From assembly GCF_035685805.1 (NCBI RefSeq), contig NZ_DASSAB010000049.1, positions 1 to 64,000 of the forward strand: a stretch of DNA of 64,000 nucleotides, read 5' to 3'. Shown piece after piece: positions 55,208-64,000 of the stretch; position 1 is the first letter of the stretch, and the number at the start of each line of letters is the position of its first letter. The notes beneath the pieces are model-generated. The model ran no database searches, was not told the origin of the DNA, and saw only the letters and a program-made list of their open reading frames with translations. The position numbers and the translations under genes were made by a program. The DNA is from Dyella sp. Its GTDB lineage: Bacteria; Pseudomonadota; Gammaproteobacteria; Xanthomonadales; Rhodanobacteraceae.

Positions 55208-55812
55208 TGCGCCTGTTCGGGGCGCTGTACGCACGAGCACTGGTCTGGGCGCGTCATCCGCAATCGGTCTACTACCTGTGCGGCTTGAGCTTCGTGGAGG
55301 CTTTCATCTTCCCGGTGATGCCCGAGGTGATGCTGGCGCCGATGATGCTCGGCAAGCGCCATCGTGCCTTCTTCTACGCCAACCTCAGCCTGGTGTTTTC
55401 GCTGCTCGGGTCACTGGTCGGCTACGCGCTCGGGCACTGGGCTTACGAGGGAATCCGGCCGCTGCTCAGCGACGGCATGCAACAAACCATCGGCACATGG
55501 GTGGAGCACCTTCGTGCCGACATGGCCCAGCACTGGCTGGCGATGCTCGGCGCGCTGATGCTCGCTGCCTTGCAGCCGGTGATTCCAATGAAGTTCGTCA
55601 CCTGGGCCGCCGGTATCGTCGGTGTGCCGCTGCTGCCGTTCCTGGCCTGCATGGCGATTGGACGCGGCAAGCGCGTGTGGCTGCTTGCCTTGCTGGTACG
55701 TCTGGTGGGGGAACGCGCGGAGCAGATCCTGCGCAAGAACATCGAGTGGATCGGCTGGGCTGCGATTGCGCTGCTCGGCGCGTTGCTCGCCTGGTGGTTG
55801 TGGCCGCGCTGA
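55207..55812 (+). CDS. YqaA/DedA-family (SNARE-associated-like) small membrane protein
   Basis: 201 aa; 4-5 hydrophobic segments; GFVEAFIFPV..E motif; between pcm and nlpD; start overlaps the pcm stop. Confidence 0.6.
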   Translation: MRLFGALYARALVWARHPQSVYYLCGLSFVEAFIFPVMPEVMLAPMMLGKRHRAFFYANLSLVFSLLGSLVGYALGHWAYEGIRPLLSDGMQQTIGTWVEHLRADMAQHWLAMLGALMLAALQPVIPMKFVTWAAGIVGVPLLPFLACMAIGRGKRVWLLALLVRLVGERAEQILRKNIEWIGWAAIALLGALLAWWLWPR

Positions 55813-55849
55813 GCTCGCACCTGCTGCCTTTTCATAGGAAACACGCGCG

Positions 55850-56767
55850 GTGCTCGCTATGCTCAACGGCATGAAAGGAACCTGTTACGCCGCCACGATC
55901 GTGGCTGTCGCTTTTGCCATCAGCGCGTGCGGAACCCGCCGCTCCGTCGTGATACAGCCCGCCTCAGGTCGACCGGCGCGCGCGGTGGACCATCCCGTGC
56001 GCAATGTCGGCACCAGCGGGATCTACCGAGTGAGCAAGGGCGACACGCTGTACTCCATCGCCTTCCGCCATGGGCAGGACTTTCGCGACGTCGCCCGCTG
56101 GAACAGCATCGCACCGCCGTACACCATCTGGCCCGGGCAGCAGCTCGTGCTGCACGCGCCGACTGTCTCGCGAGCAGCCGCCCCGGTGGCGTCAGTGCGC
56201 CCGCCCGCCCGCCCACCCGCCGCTCGTCCCCCGGCCATTCCCGAACCTCGCCCGGCGGTTGCAGTAGCCGTGCCGGCGCCAGCTGCACCAGCTGCAGTAG
56301 TCGACAACGTGCCGGTTGCTGGCGTGCCGCCGGCCGTTCCGCCACCGCCGCCGCCGGCCGCTCCGGTTCCAGCCGCTGGCGGCTCGAGGTCGATCGGCGG
56401 CGTGAGCTGGCGCTGGCCAGCAGACGGTTCGCTGGTCAAGGGGTTCCGCAGCGGCGATGCAATCCCTGGTATCGAGATCGGGGGCGCGTCGGGTAGCCCT
56501 GTGCGTGCCGCGGCCGATGGGGTGGTGGTTTACAGCGGCAACGGTCTGGTGGGATATGGCGAGTTGGTGATCGTCAAGCACAGCGACGATTTCCTGTCCG
56601 CATACGGCCACAATCGGAAGCGGCTGGTCAAAGAGGGACAGCGGGTGACGGCCGGGCAGCAGATCGCCGAAATGGGATCGACCGGTGCAGCGCGCGACGA
56701 GTTGCAGTTCCAGATCCGCCGCAACGGCAATCCGGTCAATCCGCTGGACTACCTGCCGCCGCGCTGA
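55850..56767 (+). CDS. nlpD: LysM/M23 peptidase-domain lipoprotein (NlpD-like)
   Basis: Lipobox AISAC; LysM (YRVSKGDTLYSIAF); Pro/Ala-rich linker; C-terminal M23 domain (GIEIGGASGSPVRAAADGVVVYSG...HNRKRLVKEGQRV). Confidence 0.85.
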   Translation: MLAMLNGMKGTCYAATIVAVAFAISACGTRRSVVIQPASGRPARAVDHPVRNVGTSGIYRVSKGDTLYSIAFRHGQDFRDVARWNSIAPPYTIWPGQQLVLHAPTVSRAAAPVASVRPPARPPAARPPAIPEPRPAVAVAVPAPAAPAAVVDNVPVAGVPPAVPPPPPPAAPVPAAGGSRSIGGVSWRWPADGSLVKGFRSGDAIPGIEIGGASGSPVRAAADGVVVYSGNGLVGYGELVIVKHSDDFLSAYGHNRKRLVKEGQRVTAGQQIAEMGSTGAARDELQFQIRRNGNPVNPLDYLPPR

Positions 56768-56770
56768 ATG

Positions 56771-57160
56771 TCACCGTGCCGGCGAGCGGCCGGCAAGGAT
56801 GAAGCCCACCACCACCCGCCGCCCTTCTCCGGCAAGAAGGTCGTAGGTGCGAGCCGCTGCGGCGTTGTCCATGACCTCGATGCCAATGCCCTGGCGCAGG
56901 AAAGCCGCCAGAAATGCCGCGGGCGGAAAGCTCTGGCGCACGCCGGTGCCCAGCAGCACCAGCTCCGGCTGCAGCTCGAGCACGGCCTCGGCGTGCTTCA
57001 CCTCCAGCGTGCTGGCGGAGGCCGCTGGCCATCCCTCAATCAGGCGGTCGGGCGCCAGCAGAAAACTTTGGTCGAGCTCCCGGTCCACCACCGTGACAGT
57101 CTCCTGGCTCGTGCGACGCACGAAAAGGAACGACTCGGGGCGATCAAGCGACAGATCCAT
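56771..57160 (-). CDS. Mth938-like / DUF498 (Xcc1710-like) domain protein
   Basis: 129 aa; pattern matches DUF498 family (E.VLLGTG). Assignment from memory of the family, moderate. Confidence 0.5.
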   Translation of the reverse strand: MDLSLDRPESFLFVRRTSQETVTVVDRELDQSFLLAPDRLIEGWPAASASTLEVKHAEAVLELQPELVLLGTGVRQSFPPAAFLAAFLRQGIGIEVMDNAAAARTYDLLAGEGRRVVVGFILAGRSPAR

Positions 57161-57456
57161 CAGCGGGGCAGAGCCAGCTTGGGGTCGTCGGCGTTGCGTC
57201 GGAACAGCACCACGACGTGCCCGATCTGCTGCACGCTCTCCGCGCCGCTCCCTCCCGCGAGGAACTCGATCTGGGCCTGACGCTCCTCCTTGTCACCGCC
57301 AGACAGCTTTACCTTGACCAGCTCATGATGTGACAGCGCGAGATCGAGTTCCTTCAGCACGGCGTCGGTCGCTCCCTTGGCGCCGAGCAGGATAACCGGA
57401 CTCAGGTCGTGGGCGAGGCTGCGCAGATAGCGCTGTTGCGAGGGGGAAAGGGCCAT
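57160..57456 (-). CDS. yhbY: CRM-domain RNA-binding protein YhbY
   Basis: 99 aa from ATG 57456; [14 protein letters not shown]...G..G..D.V..E.D.AL..HEL.KVK matches YhbY; divergent from rlmE as in E. coli. Confidence 0.8.
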   Translation of the reverse strand: MALSPSQQRYLRSLAHDLSPVILLGAKGATDAVLKELDLALSHHELVKVKLSGGDKEERQAQIEFLAGGSGAESVQQIGHVVVLFRRNADDPKLALPR

Positions 57457-57538
57457 ACGGTGCGGAGCTCGATTCGCTGTCGGTTGGCCGCAAAGGGTAT
57501 CATGCAGGCCATTTTCCGTATCTGTGACGTTGCCGATC

Positions 57539-58189
57539 ATGTCTCGCAGCAAAAGCAGTTCCCGCTGGCTGCGGGAGCATTTCGACGATGTCTATGTGAA
57601 GAAGGCCCAGGCGGAGGGGGTGCGTTCCCGCGCGGTCTACAAGCTCGAGGAGCTGATCGAGCGCGACCGGCTGCTCAAGCCCGGCATCTCCGTGGTCGAC
57701 CTGGGTGCGGCGCCGGGAAGCTGGTCCCAACTGGTGCGCCAGCGTCTGGGCGACTCGGGCAAGGTAGTGGCACTGGATATCCTGCCCATGCAGGGCATCG
57801 CCGGGGTCGATTTTCTGCAAGGCGACTTCCGCGAGGCGGACGTGTTGACGCAGCTTGAGGCGCGACTGGAAGGCCAGAAGGTCGATCTTGTGCTGTCCGA
57901 TATGGCCCCCAATATGAGTGGCGTGGCGCTGGCGGATCAGATCCGGTCCATGGATCTGGCCGAACTGGCGCTCGATTTCAGCCGGCAGTGGCTCAAGCCG
58001 GGAGGCTCGTTCCTGATCAAGTTGTTTCAGGGAGCGGGTTTCGATGATTACCTTCGCAGCTTGCGCGCGAACTTTTCGCGCGTGACTATGCGTAAACCTA
58101 AAGCCTCACGCGCTCGGTCGCGCGAGGTGTACGCGCTGGCTGTCGGGCTCAAGCCCGGCACCGCGCCATCCGGCGGGAACCGTGCATGA
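57539..58189 (+). CDS. rlmE: 23S rRNA (uridine2552-2'-O)-methyltransferase RlmE/FtsJ
   Basis: [35 protein letters not shown], and the canonical rlmE C-terminal RKP motif block; start ATG 57539 (GTG 57524 possible). Confidence 0.92.
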   Translation: MSRSKSSSRWLREHFDDVYVKKAQAEGVRSRAVYKLEELIERDRLLKPGISVVDLGAAPGSWSQLVRQRLGDSGKVVALDILPMQGIAGVDFLQGDFREADVLTQLEARLEGQKVDLVLSDMAPNMSGVALADQIRSMDLAELALDFSRQWLKPGGSFLIKLFQGAGFDDYLRSLRANFSRVTMRKPKASRARSREVYALAVGLKPGTAPSGGNRA

Positions 58190-60117
58190 ACGAGATGGCT
58201 AAAAATCTATTGCTCTGGCTGATCATCGCGGTGGTGCTCATCGCCGTGTTCCAGAGCTTCAATCCGCATGGCGGCGCCTCTTCTGATTTGGCCTACAGCG
58301 CCTTCGTCCAGAACGTGGACAACGGCAACGTGTCCAGCGCGACCATCAGTGCGGAGAATCCGGCCACCATCAGCGGCAAGCTGAAGGATGGCAGCGCCTT
58401 CCGCACGGTGGCGCCGGTGCTCGGCTTTTCCACCAACTCCGTGGTCAAGCAGATGCAGGACAAGGGCGTGGAGGTTCGCCAGGATGCCGCTCCCGGTTTC
58501 TCCCTGGTCAACCTTCTGGTGAGCTGGCTGCCGGTCATCCTGATCGCGGGCGTGTTCATCTGGTTCATGCGCCAGATGCAGTCCGGCGGCGGCGGGCGTG
58601 GCGCGATGAGCTTCGGCCGCTCGCGGGCCAAGCTGCAGGGCGAGGACCAGGTAAAGGTCAATTTCACCGACGTCGCAGGGTGTGACGAAGCCAAGGAAGA
58701 AGTGGGCGAGCTGGTCGAGTTCCTGCGTGATCCCGGCAAGTTCCAGAAGCTCGGAGGCAAGATTCCGCGCGGCGTGCTGATGGTCGGCCCGCCTGGAACC
58801 GGCAAGACCCTGCTGGCGAAGGCCATCGCAGGCGAAGCTAAAGTGCCGTTCTTCTCGATCTCAGGTTCGGACTTCGTGGAGATGTTCGTTGGCGTGGGCG
58901 CCAGTCGCGTGCGCGACATGTTCGAGCAGGCCAAGAAGCATGCGCCGTGCATCATCTTTATTGACGAGATCGACGCGGTTGGCCGTCATCGCGGCGCCGG
59001 GCTGGGCGGCGGTCACGACGAGCGCGAGCAGACCCTTAACCAGCTGCTGGTTGAGATGGACGGCTTTGAAGGCACGGAAGGGATCATCGTGATTGCCGCG
59101 ACCAATCGACCGGACGTGCTTGATCCTGCGCTGCTGCGACCGGGCCGGTTCGACCGCCAGGTGGTGGTCGGCCTGCCGGATGTGAAGGGGCGCGAGCAGA
59201 TCCTTCAGGTGCACCTGCGCAAGGTGCCCATGGCCACCGACGTGAACGCAATGGTGATCGCCCGTGGCACGCCGGGTTTTTCTGGTGCCGACTTGGCCAA
59301 CCTAGTGAACGAGGCGGCCCTGTTCGCGGCGCGGGAGAATGCGCGAGAGGTGCGCATGACCCATCTCGACAAGGCGCGCGACAAGATCCTGATGGGTGCC
59401 GAGCGCCGCTCGATGGCGATGAGCGAGGACGAGAAGAAGCTCACCGCTTACCACGAGGCGGGGCACGCCATCATCGGGCGCCTGGTGCCGGAACATGACC
59501 CGGTCTACAAGGTCACCATCATTCCTCGTGGGCGCGCGCTCGGCGTGACCATGTACCTGCCCGAGGGTGACAAGTACAGCATCAACCGCGTGGCGATCCA
59601 GTCGCAGCTCTGCTCCTTGTACGGCGGTCGTGTCGCGGAAGAGCTCATATTCGGCGCCGACAAGGTCACGACCGGTGCGTCGAATGACATCGAACGCGCT
59701 ACCAAGATGGCGCGTAACATGGCGACCAAGTGGGGGCTTTCCGACGAGCTGGGCCCGATCACGTACGGTGAGGACGAGGACGAGGTGTTCCTGGGCCGGT
59801 CGGTGACGCAGCACAAGAGCATCTCCAACGAGACCGCGAGCAAGATCGACGAAGTCGTGCGCAACATTCTCGACCGAGCCTATGCCCGCAGCACGCAGCT
59901 GCTCACCGACAACATCGACAAGTTGCACGTGATGGCGGAGGCGTTGCTCCAGTACGAAACGATCGATGCACATCAGATCGACGACATCATGGCGGGACGC
60001 GAACCTGGCCCGCCGGCTGACTGGACCAAGAGCGGCCCTGCAGGCCCCGTGCCGCCGCTGCCCCCTCGCGGTGATGCAGGTTCCACCAAGCTCGGAAATC
60101 CCGCCATCCAGAGCTGA
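58186..60117 (+). CDS. ftsH: ATP-dependent zinc metalloprotease FtsH
   Basis: ATG overlaps the rlmE stop; N-terminal TM, AAA module ([29 protein letters not shown]), HEAGH zinc motif; 643 aa. Confidence 0.95.
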   Translation: MNEMAKNLLLWLIIAVVLIAVFQSFNPHGGASSDLAYSAFVQNVDNGNVSSATISAENPATISGKLKDGSAFRTVAPVLGFSTNSVVKQMQDKGVEVRQDAAPGFSLVNLLVSWLPVILIAGVFIWFMRQMQSGGGGRGAMSFGRSRAKLQGEDQVKVNFTDVAGCDEAKEEVGELVEFLRDPGKFQKLGGKIPRGVLMVGPPGTGKTLLAKAIAGEAKVPFFSISGSDFVEMFVGVGASRVRDMFEQAKKHAPCIIFIDEIDAVGRHRGAGLGGGHDEREQTLNQLLVEMDGFEGTEGIIVIAATNRPDVLDPALLRPGRFDRQVVVGLPDVKGREQILQVHLRKVPMATDVNAMVIARGTPGFSGADLANLVNEAALFAARENAREVRMTHLDKARDKILMGAERRSMAMSEDEKKLTAYHEAGHAIIGRLVPEHDPVYKVTIIPRGRALGVTMYLPEGDKYSINRVAIQSQLCSLYGGRVAEELIFGADKVTTGASNDIERATKMARNMATKWGLSDELGPITYGEDEDEVFLGRSVTQHKSISNETASKIDEVVRNILDRAYARSTQLLTDNIDKLHVMAEALLQYETIDAHQIDDIMAGREPGPPADWTKSGPAGPVPPLPPRGDAGSTKLGNPAIQS

Positions 60118-60144
60118 TGGCTCGTCGATGGACGCAAAGAAGAG

Positions 60145-60173
60145 CGCCGCATCGATTGCGGCGTTTTTTTTTT
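60145..60173 (+). terminator. Rho-independent terminator after ftsH (CGCCGCA-TCGAT-TGCGGCG hairpin + T10)
   Basis: Perfect 7-bp GC-rich stem followed by ten T residues, 28 nt after the ftsH stop. Confidence 0.8.
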
Positions 60174-60352
60174 GGCCGTCCAAACGGCGGCGGTCGGGGA
60201 GCTCTGGGGGGCGTGGTCGACACGCCCGGGAAAAGAATTCGAAAAAATTTGGCGAAAGGTGTTGACGCCCGCGTGCAGTATCTGAATAATTCCGCTTCTT
60301 GCTTCGGCGGTCACCACTTCGGTGGTTCGCCAAGGTTACGAGTTTTTAGTGT

Positions 60353-60429
60353 GCGCCCGTAGCTCAGTTGGATAGAGTACCAGGCTACGAACTTGGTGGT
60401 CGGGAGTTCGAATCTCTCCGGGCGCACCA
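60353..60429 (+). tRNA. tRNA-Arg (anticodon ACG)
   Basis: Cloverleaf folded by hand: acceptor GCGCCCG/CGGGCGC, anticodon loop CTACGAA, T-loop TTCGAAT, 3' CCA encoded; close to E. coli argQ. Confidence 0.85.
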
Positions 60430-60598
60430 TTTTTTCCGGATCTGCTTGCGGTAACGGCAGACCCACATGCGGGGCAAGTCATCGCCTCGCAGCCGGACGG
60501 CGACGAAGTTCGGTGTGCTCACGATACGGATTGACTGATAGCGATGTCACCCGTAGCATTCGAAAGCTTCGCGTAGCGAAGGTGATGAGTGTTTTAGG

Positions 60599-60675
60599 CG
60601 GGGTATAGCTCAGTCTGGTAGAGCGTTGCGTTTGGGACGCAAAAGTCGGGGGTTCGAATCCCTCTGCCCCGACCA
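60599..60675 (+). tRNA. tRNA-Pro (anticodon UGG)
   Basis: Acceptor CGGGGTA/TGCCCCG with the C1-G72 pair typical of bacterial tRNA-Pro; anticodon loop TTTGGGA with G37; T-loop TTCGAAT; CCA encoded. Confidence 0.8.
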
Positions 60676-60700
60676 CGCTAGGCTCTTCCGTGCGGTGACT

Positions 60701-60777
60701 GCGCCTGTAGCTCAACCGGATAGAGCATCGGCCTTCTAAGCCGACGGTTGCAGGTTCGAGTCCTGTCGGGCGCGCCA
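60701..60777 (+). tRNA. tRNA-Arg (anticodon UCU)
   Basis: Acceptor GCGCCTG/CGGGCGC, anticodon stem TCGGC/GCCGA, loop CTTCTAA, T-loop TTCGAGT, CCA encoded. Confidence 0.85.
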
Positions 60778-60791
60778 ACAAAACGTTTTAC

Positions 60792-60869
60792 GGTGGGCGT
60801 AGCTCAGCTGGTTAGAGTCCCGGATTGTGATTCCGGATGTCGTGGGTTCGAATCCCATCGCTCACCCCA
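60792..60869 (+). tRNA. tRNA-His (anticodon GUG) with genomically encoded G-1
   Basis: 8-nt 5' acceptor GGTGGGCG with extra G-1 opposite discriminator C73; anticodon loop TTGTGAT; T-loop TTCGAAT; CCA encoded. Confidence 0.85.
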
Positions 60870-60881
60870 ATTTAAGTTTCA

Positions 60882-60957
<76 letters not shown>

Positions 60958-60967
60958 ATGAAGCCAG

Positions 60968-61001
60968 AACGCCGGTCGATTTCGACCGGCGTTTTGCTTT
61001 T
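60968..61001 (+). terminator. Rho-independent terminator after the tRNA cluster (AACGCCGGTCG-ATTT-CGACCGGCGTT + TTGCTTTT)
   Basis: 11-bp perfect stem and U-rich tail, 11 nt after tRNA-Lys. Confidence 0.7.
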
Positions 61002-61226
61002 CAGGGACCTGCTCGGCAAGCGCTTCGTCGGCCACTTCGTGCCTTTGCGCCGATGCTTGTGCTTGGGCGTGGCGCGATCCTAAAATGTCGAGCTTTCGTG
61101 CAAGGGAATCATCGACTTAGCGCCGAACCCCAGTGGGCTTCTAGGGTCTCGTCTTCACGCGCTCCGCCGCGTCAGGAGGATTGCCCGTAGAATCCTAAGG
61201 TTGCCGGTGTCTGATGCGGTGGCGAA

Positions 61227-61311
61227 GCGAAAGTGGCGGAACTGGTAGACGCACCAGATTTAGGTTCTGGCGGGTAACACCGTGCGGGTTCGAGTCCCGC
61301 CTTTCGCACCA
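61227..61311 (+). tRNA. tRNA-Leu (anticodon UAG), class II with long variable arm
   Basis: Acceptor GCGAAAG/CTTTCGC, anticodon stem CCAGA/TCTGG, loop TTTAGGT, long extra arm, T-loop TTCGAGT, CCA encoded; 85 nt. Confidence 0.8.
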
Positions 61312-61400
61312 TCCCGTAGGTCTTTTCATGTTGATGGCGGCAGAAAATGCCGCAGGGCCGGTGTCCGGCCATCATTACCCAAGGTTATCCAGGAGTCGTC

Positions 61401-62693
61401 ATGCAGGTTTCGGTTGAGAACGTGGGCAAGCTCGAGCGCAAGCTCACGGTGAAGTTTCCCGCCGAGCGCTATGAGTCGCAGGTGTCCGCGCGCATCGCAG
61501 AGATGGGCCGCACGGTCCGCCTCAAGGGCTTTCGCCCGGGCAAGGTGCCGACGACCGTGATCCAGCAGCGTTTCGGCGCCCAGGTGCGCGGCGAGGTTCT
61601 TTCGGATCTGATTGGCAGCACCTTGCGCGAGGCGTTCGACAAGGAGAATCTTCGCCCGGTCGCCAATCCTGCCATCGACACCACCGGCAAGCCCGAGAAC
61701 GGCGAGATTGCCTATACGGCGACCTTCGAGGTGATGCCCGAATTCCCCGAGGTCGACGTCGCCTCGCTGGAGATCAAGCGGCCCGTTGCCCAGGTTGCCG
61801 ACGCCGACATCGAGAAGATGGTCGAAACGCTGCGTCAGCAGCGGCGCACGTTCGAGCTGGTCGATCGTCCTTCGAAGGAGGGCGATTTCGTGATGTTCGA
61901 GTACGCCGCCCAGGCGGGCGAGTATCGCTTCCCGGTCGAGGGTCTGGAGCGCGCTGGCAGCGTGCTTGGATCGGGCACCCTGTTCAAGGCTCTGGATGAG
62001 GCGCTGACCGGGCACAAGGCGGACGAGTCGTTCGAGAGCAACATCGACTTTCCGGCCGATTTCCGCAACGAACAGCTGGCGGGCAAGACCGCCTCGGTCA
62101 GCTTCAACATCGTCAAGGTGCAGGAGCCGCAGCTGCCGGAGGTCGACGGCGAGTTCGCCAAGCTGTTCGGGATTGCCGACGGCGACCTCGAGATGTTCCG
62201 CAAGGAAGTCCGGGCGAACCTGGAGCGCGAGCTTAAGGCGACGCTGATGGCCCGCCTGAAGTCCGAAGTGGCCGAAAAGCTCGCCGAGGCCTACGGTGAG
62301 ACGGAGGTGCCGAACCTGATGATCCAGTCCGAAGCCCGTAATCTCGCAGCCGGTAGCGTGCCCAAGGGACAGCAGCCGCCGCAGGCGCTGGTCGAGGCAG
62401 CGACTCCGATGGCACGCAAGCGCGTTCTGGCCGGGCTGCTGATGGGTGAGATAGCACGCAAGCAGTCGCTCGCCATCGATCGCAAGCGCGTTGCCGAGCA
62501 GTTGGCGGCTATCGCGTCGACTTACGAAGAGCCCGAGCAGGTCATTGAACTGTACAACTCCGATCCCCAACTCATGTCCGGGTTGCAGAACCGCGTGATG
62601 GAAGATCAGGTGGCCGAGTGGGTGGCGGAGCATGCCATCACCACCGACCAGAACCTCAGCTTCGACGAGGTGATGCGCCCGGCGGGTGCCTGA
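61401..62693 (+). CDS. tig: Trigger factor
   Basis: AGGAG RBS; [22 protein letters not shown] canonical Tig N-terminus; 430 aa; tig-clpP-clpX synteny. Confidence 0.93.
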   Translation: MQVSVENVGKLERKLTVKFPAERYESQVSARIAEMGRTVRLKGFRPGKVPTTVIQQRFGAQVRGEVLSDLIGSTLREAFDKENLRPVANPAIDTTGKPENGEIAYTATFEVMPEFPEVDVASLEIKRPVAQVADADIEKMVETLRQQRRTFELVDRPSKEGDFVMFEYAAQAGEYRFPVEGLERAGSVLGSGTLFKALDEALTGHKADESFESNIDFPADFRNEQLAGKTASVSFNIVKVQEPQLPEVDGEFAKLFGIADGDLEMFRKEVRANLERELKATLMARLKSEVAEKLAEAYGETEVPNLMIQSEARNLAAGSVPKGQQPPQALVEAATPMARKRVLAGLLMGEIARKQSLAIDRKRVAEQLAAIASTYEEPEQVIELYNSDPQLMSGLQNRVMEDQVAEWVAEHAITTDQNLSFDEVMRPAGA

Positions 62694-62746
62694 GCCGTAC
62701 TATCTCAGGCTGCGTCAACAGGCCCAATTACCGGAGAGCCGCAAGC

Positions 62747-63376
62747 ATGACCATGGAATCGATCAAGAGTCTCAACCTGGTGCCCATGGTCGTCGAACAG
62801 ACGGCTCGCGGTGAGCGTTCTTACGATATTTACTCGCGTCTGCTCAAAGAGCGGGTGATCTTTCTGGTCGGCGAGGTGAACGATCACGTTGCCAATCTGC
62901 TGGTGGCGCAGATGCTGTTCCTGGAATCGGAGAACCCGGAGAAGGACATCCACCTGTACATCAACAGCCCCGGCGGTGCCGTAACGGCCGGTCTGGCGAT
63001 CTACGACACGATGCAGTTCATCAAGCCGGACGTCAGCACCATGTGCATCGGGCAGGCATGCAGTGCGGCATCGTTGCTTTTGATGGCCGGTGCCAAGGGC
63101 AAGCGTTATTCGTTGCCCAATTCCCGCGTGATGATCCACCAGCCCTCCGGTGGCGCCCGCGGCCAGGCAACCGATATCGAAATCCAGGCCCAGGAGATTC
63201 TCTACCTGCGCCGTCGCCTCAACCAGATCTACGTCGATCACACCGGGCAGCCGCTGGACAAGATCGAGCGCGATATGGAGCGTGACCGCTTCATGAGCGC
63301 CGAGGCAGCGGTCGAGTACGGACTCATCGACTCGGTCCTCGACCGACGCGCCGGCGAGAGCGTCAAGTCGGCCTGA
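62747..63376 (+). CDS. clpP: ATP-dependent Clp protease proteolytic subunit
   Basis: 209 aa; catalytic triad context [11 protein letters not shown] (Ser), MIHQPSGG (His), Asp; the track's upstream extension is not needed. Confidence 0.95.
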   Translation: MTMESIKSLNLVPMVVEQTARGERSYDIYSRLLKERVIFLVGEVNDHVANLLVAQMLFLESENPEKDIHLYINSPGGAVTAGLAIYDTMQFIKPDVSTMCIGQACSAASLLLMAGAKGKRYSLPNSRVMIHQPSGGARGQATDIEIQAQEILYLRRRLNQIYVDHTGQPLDKIERDMERDRFMSAEAAVEYGLIDSVLDRRAGESVKSA

Positions 63377-63484
63377 GCGAGGCCCTTCCAGCAGGCTGTA
63401 TGAGCGTGCTCCGCGTCTGGATTCAGGCGCGGAGCCGTGTGTTATTCTCAAACCGAAAACCGGTTACATGGCAGGATCATTAGC

Positions 63485-64000
63485 ATGAGCGACGAGCGGC
63501 AAGGGCGGTCCACGGACACCGGCAAGATTCTCTATTGCTCGTTCTGCGGCAAGAGCCAGCACGAAGTCCGCAAGCTGATCGCCGGCCCGTCGGTGTTCAT
63601 CTGCGACGAGTGCGTCGAGCTTTGCAACGACATCATCCGCGAGGAGCTTGAGGAGAAGGCCGCTTCCGGCCGCACCCAGCTGCCCAAGCCCCGCGAGATC
63701 ATGGAAACCCTCGACCAGTACGTGGTCGGGCAGACCCGCGCCAAGAAGTCGCTGGCGGTGGCGGTCTACAACCACTACAAGCGGATGGAGTCTCGCCAGA
63801 AGAGCGACGAGATCGAGTTGGGCAAGTCCAACATCCTGTTGATCGGCCCGACCGGTTCCGGCAAGACGTTGCTGGCGGAAACGCTCGCACGACTGTTGAA
63901 TGTGCCGTTCACGATCGCTGATGCCACCACTCTCACCGAGGCAGGATACGTCGGTGAGGACGTGGAGAACATCATCCAGAAGCTCCTGCAGAAGTGCGAT
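63485..64000 (+). CDS. clpX: ATP-dependent Clp protease ATP-binding subunit ClpX (5' part, runs off the window end)
   Basis: N-terminal zinc-binding domain [11 protein letters not shown]...CDEC, Walker [15 protein letters not shown]; open to the end of the window. Confidence 0.93.
   Translation, partial: MSDERQGRSTDTGKILYCSFCGKSQHEVRKLIAGPSVFICDECVELCNDIIREELEEKAASGRTQLPKPREIMETLDQYVVGQTRAKKSLAVAVYNHYKRMESRQKSDEIELGKSNILLIGPTGSGKTLLAETLARLLNVPFTIADATTLTEAGYVGEDVENIIQKLLQKCD

Noticed and set aside
60479-60781. 100-aa minus-strand ORF overlapping tRNA-Pro and tRNA-Arg
   Set aside because: Classic spurious ORF through tRNA genes (translation contains TGLEPAT-type tRNA-antisense peptide).
61326-62633. 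435-aa minus-strand ORF opposite tig
   Set aside because: Antisense to trigger factor.

Overview
The window is high-GC (~67-68%) gammaproteobacterial chromosome with Xanthomonadales/Rhodanobacteraceae-like synteny and protein similarity; I read about 60 genes, mostly core housekeeping. In order: sdhD(3' end)-sdhA-sdhB-sdhE plus a YgfX/CptA-like membrane gene; lolC/E-lolD; comEC; exbB-exbD-msbA-lpxK; and a YerC/TrpR-like gene translationally fused to a complete hisGDCBHAF-hisIE operon. Next comes the unusual block, a tightly coupled 5-gene operon at 20291-30368: NfeD/YqiJ-like, flotillin/YqiK-like (SPFH), a 1746-aa giant protein with one MoxR/AAA_5-type ATPase module, a 616-aa TelA-like protein and an 81-aa TerB-like mini-protein. 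I flag this as a candidate undescribed membrane-associated system. Downstream, all convergent on the minus strand: peptidase C13-mtnC-mtnD-mtnB, then HiPIP, two APC permeases, NUDIX, 3-hydroxyanthranilate dioxygenase, fasciclin, an ECF sigma/anti-sigma pair, parE and a pepP-like gene. The rest is pyrG-kdsA-eno-ftsB-ispD-ispF-mgtE-truD, smr, surE-pcm-yqaA-nlpD, DUF498-yhbY, rlmE-ftsH, a six-tRNA array (Arg-Pro-Arg-His-Lys, then Leu) and tig-clpP-clpX(5' part). I found no CRISPR array, IS element or integrase. Many long antisense ORFs in the six-frame track are GC-bias artefacts. All calls rest on sequence inspection and memory of protein families only; no searches were run.
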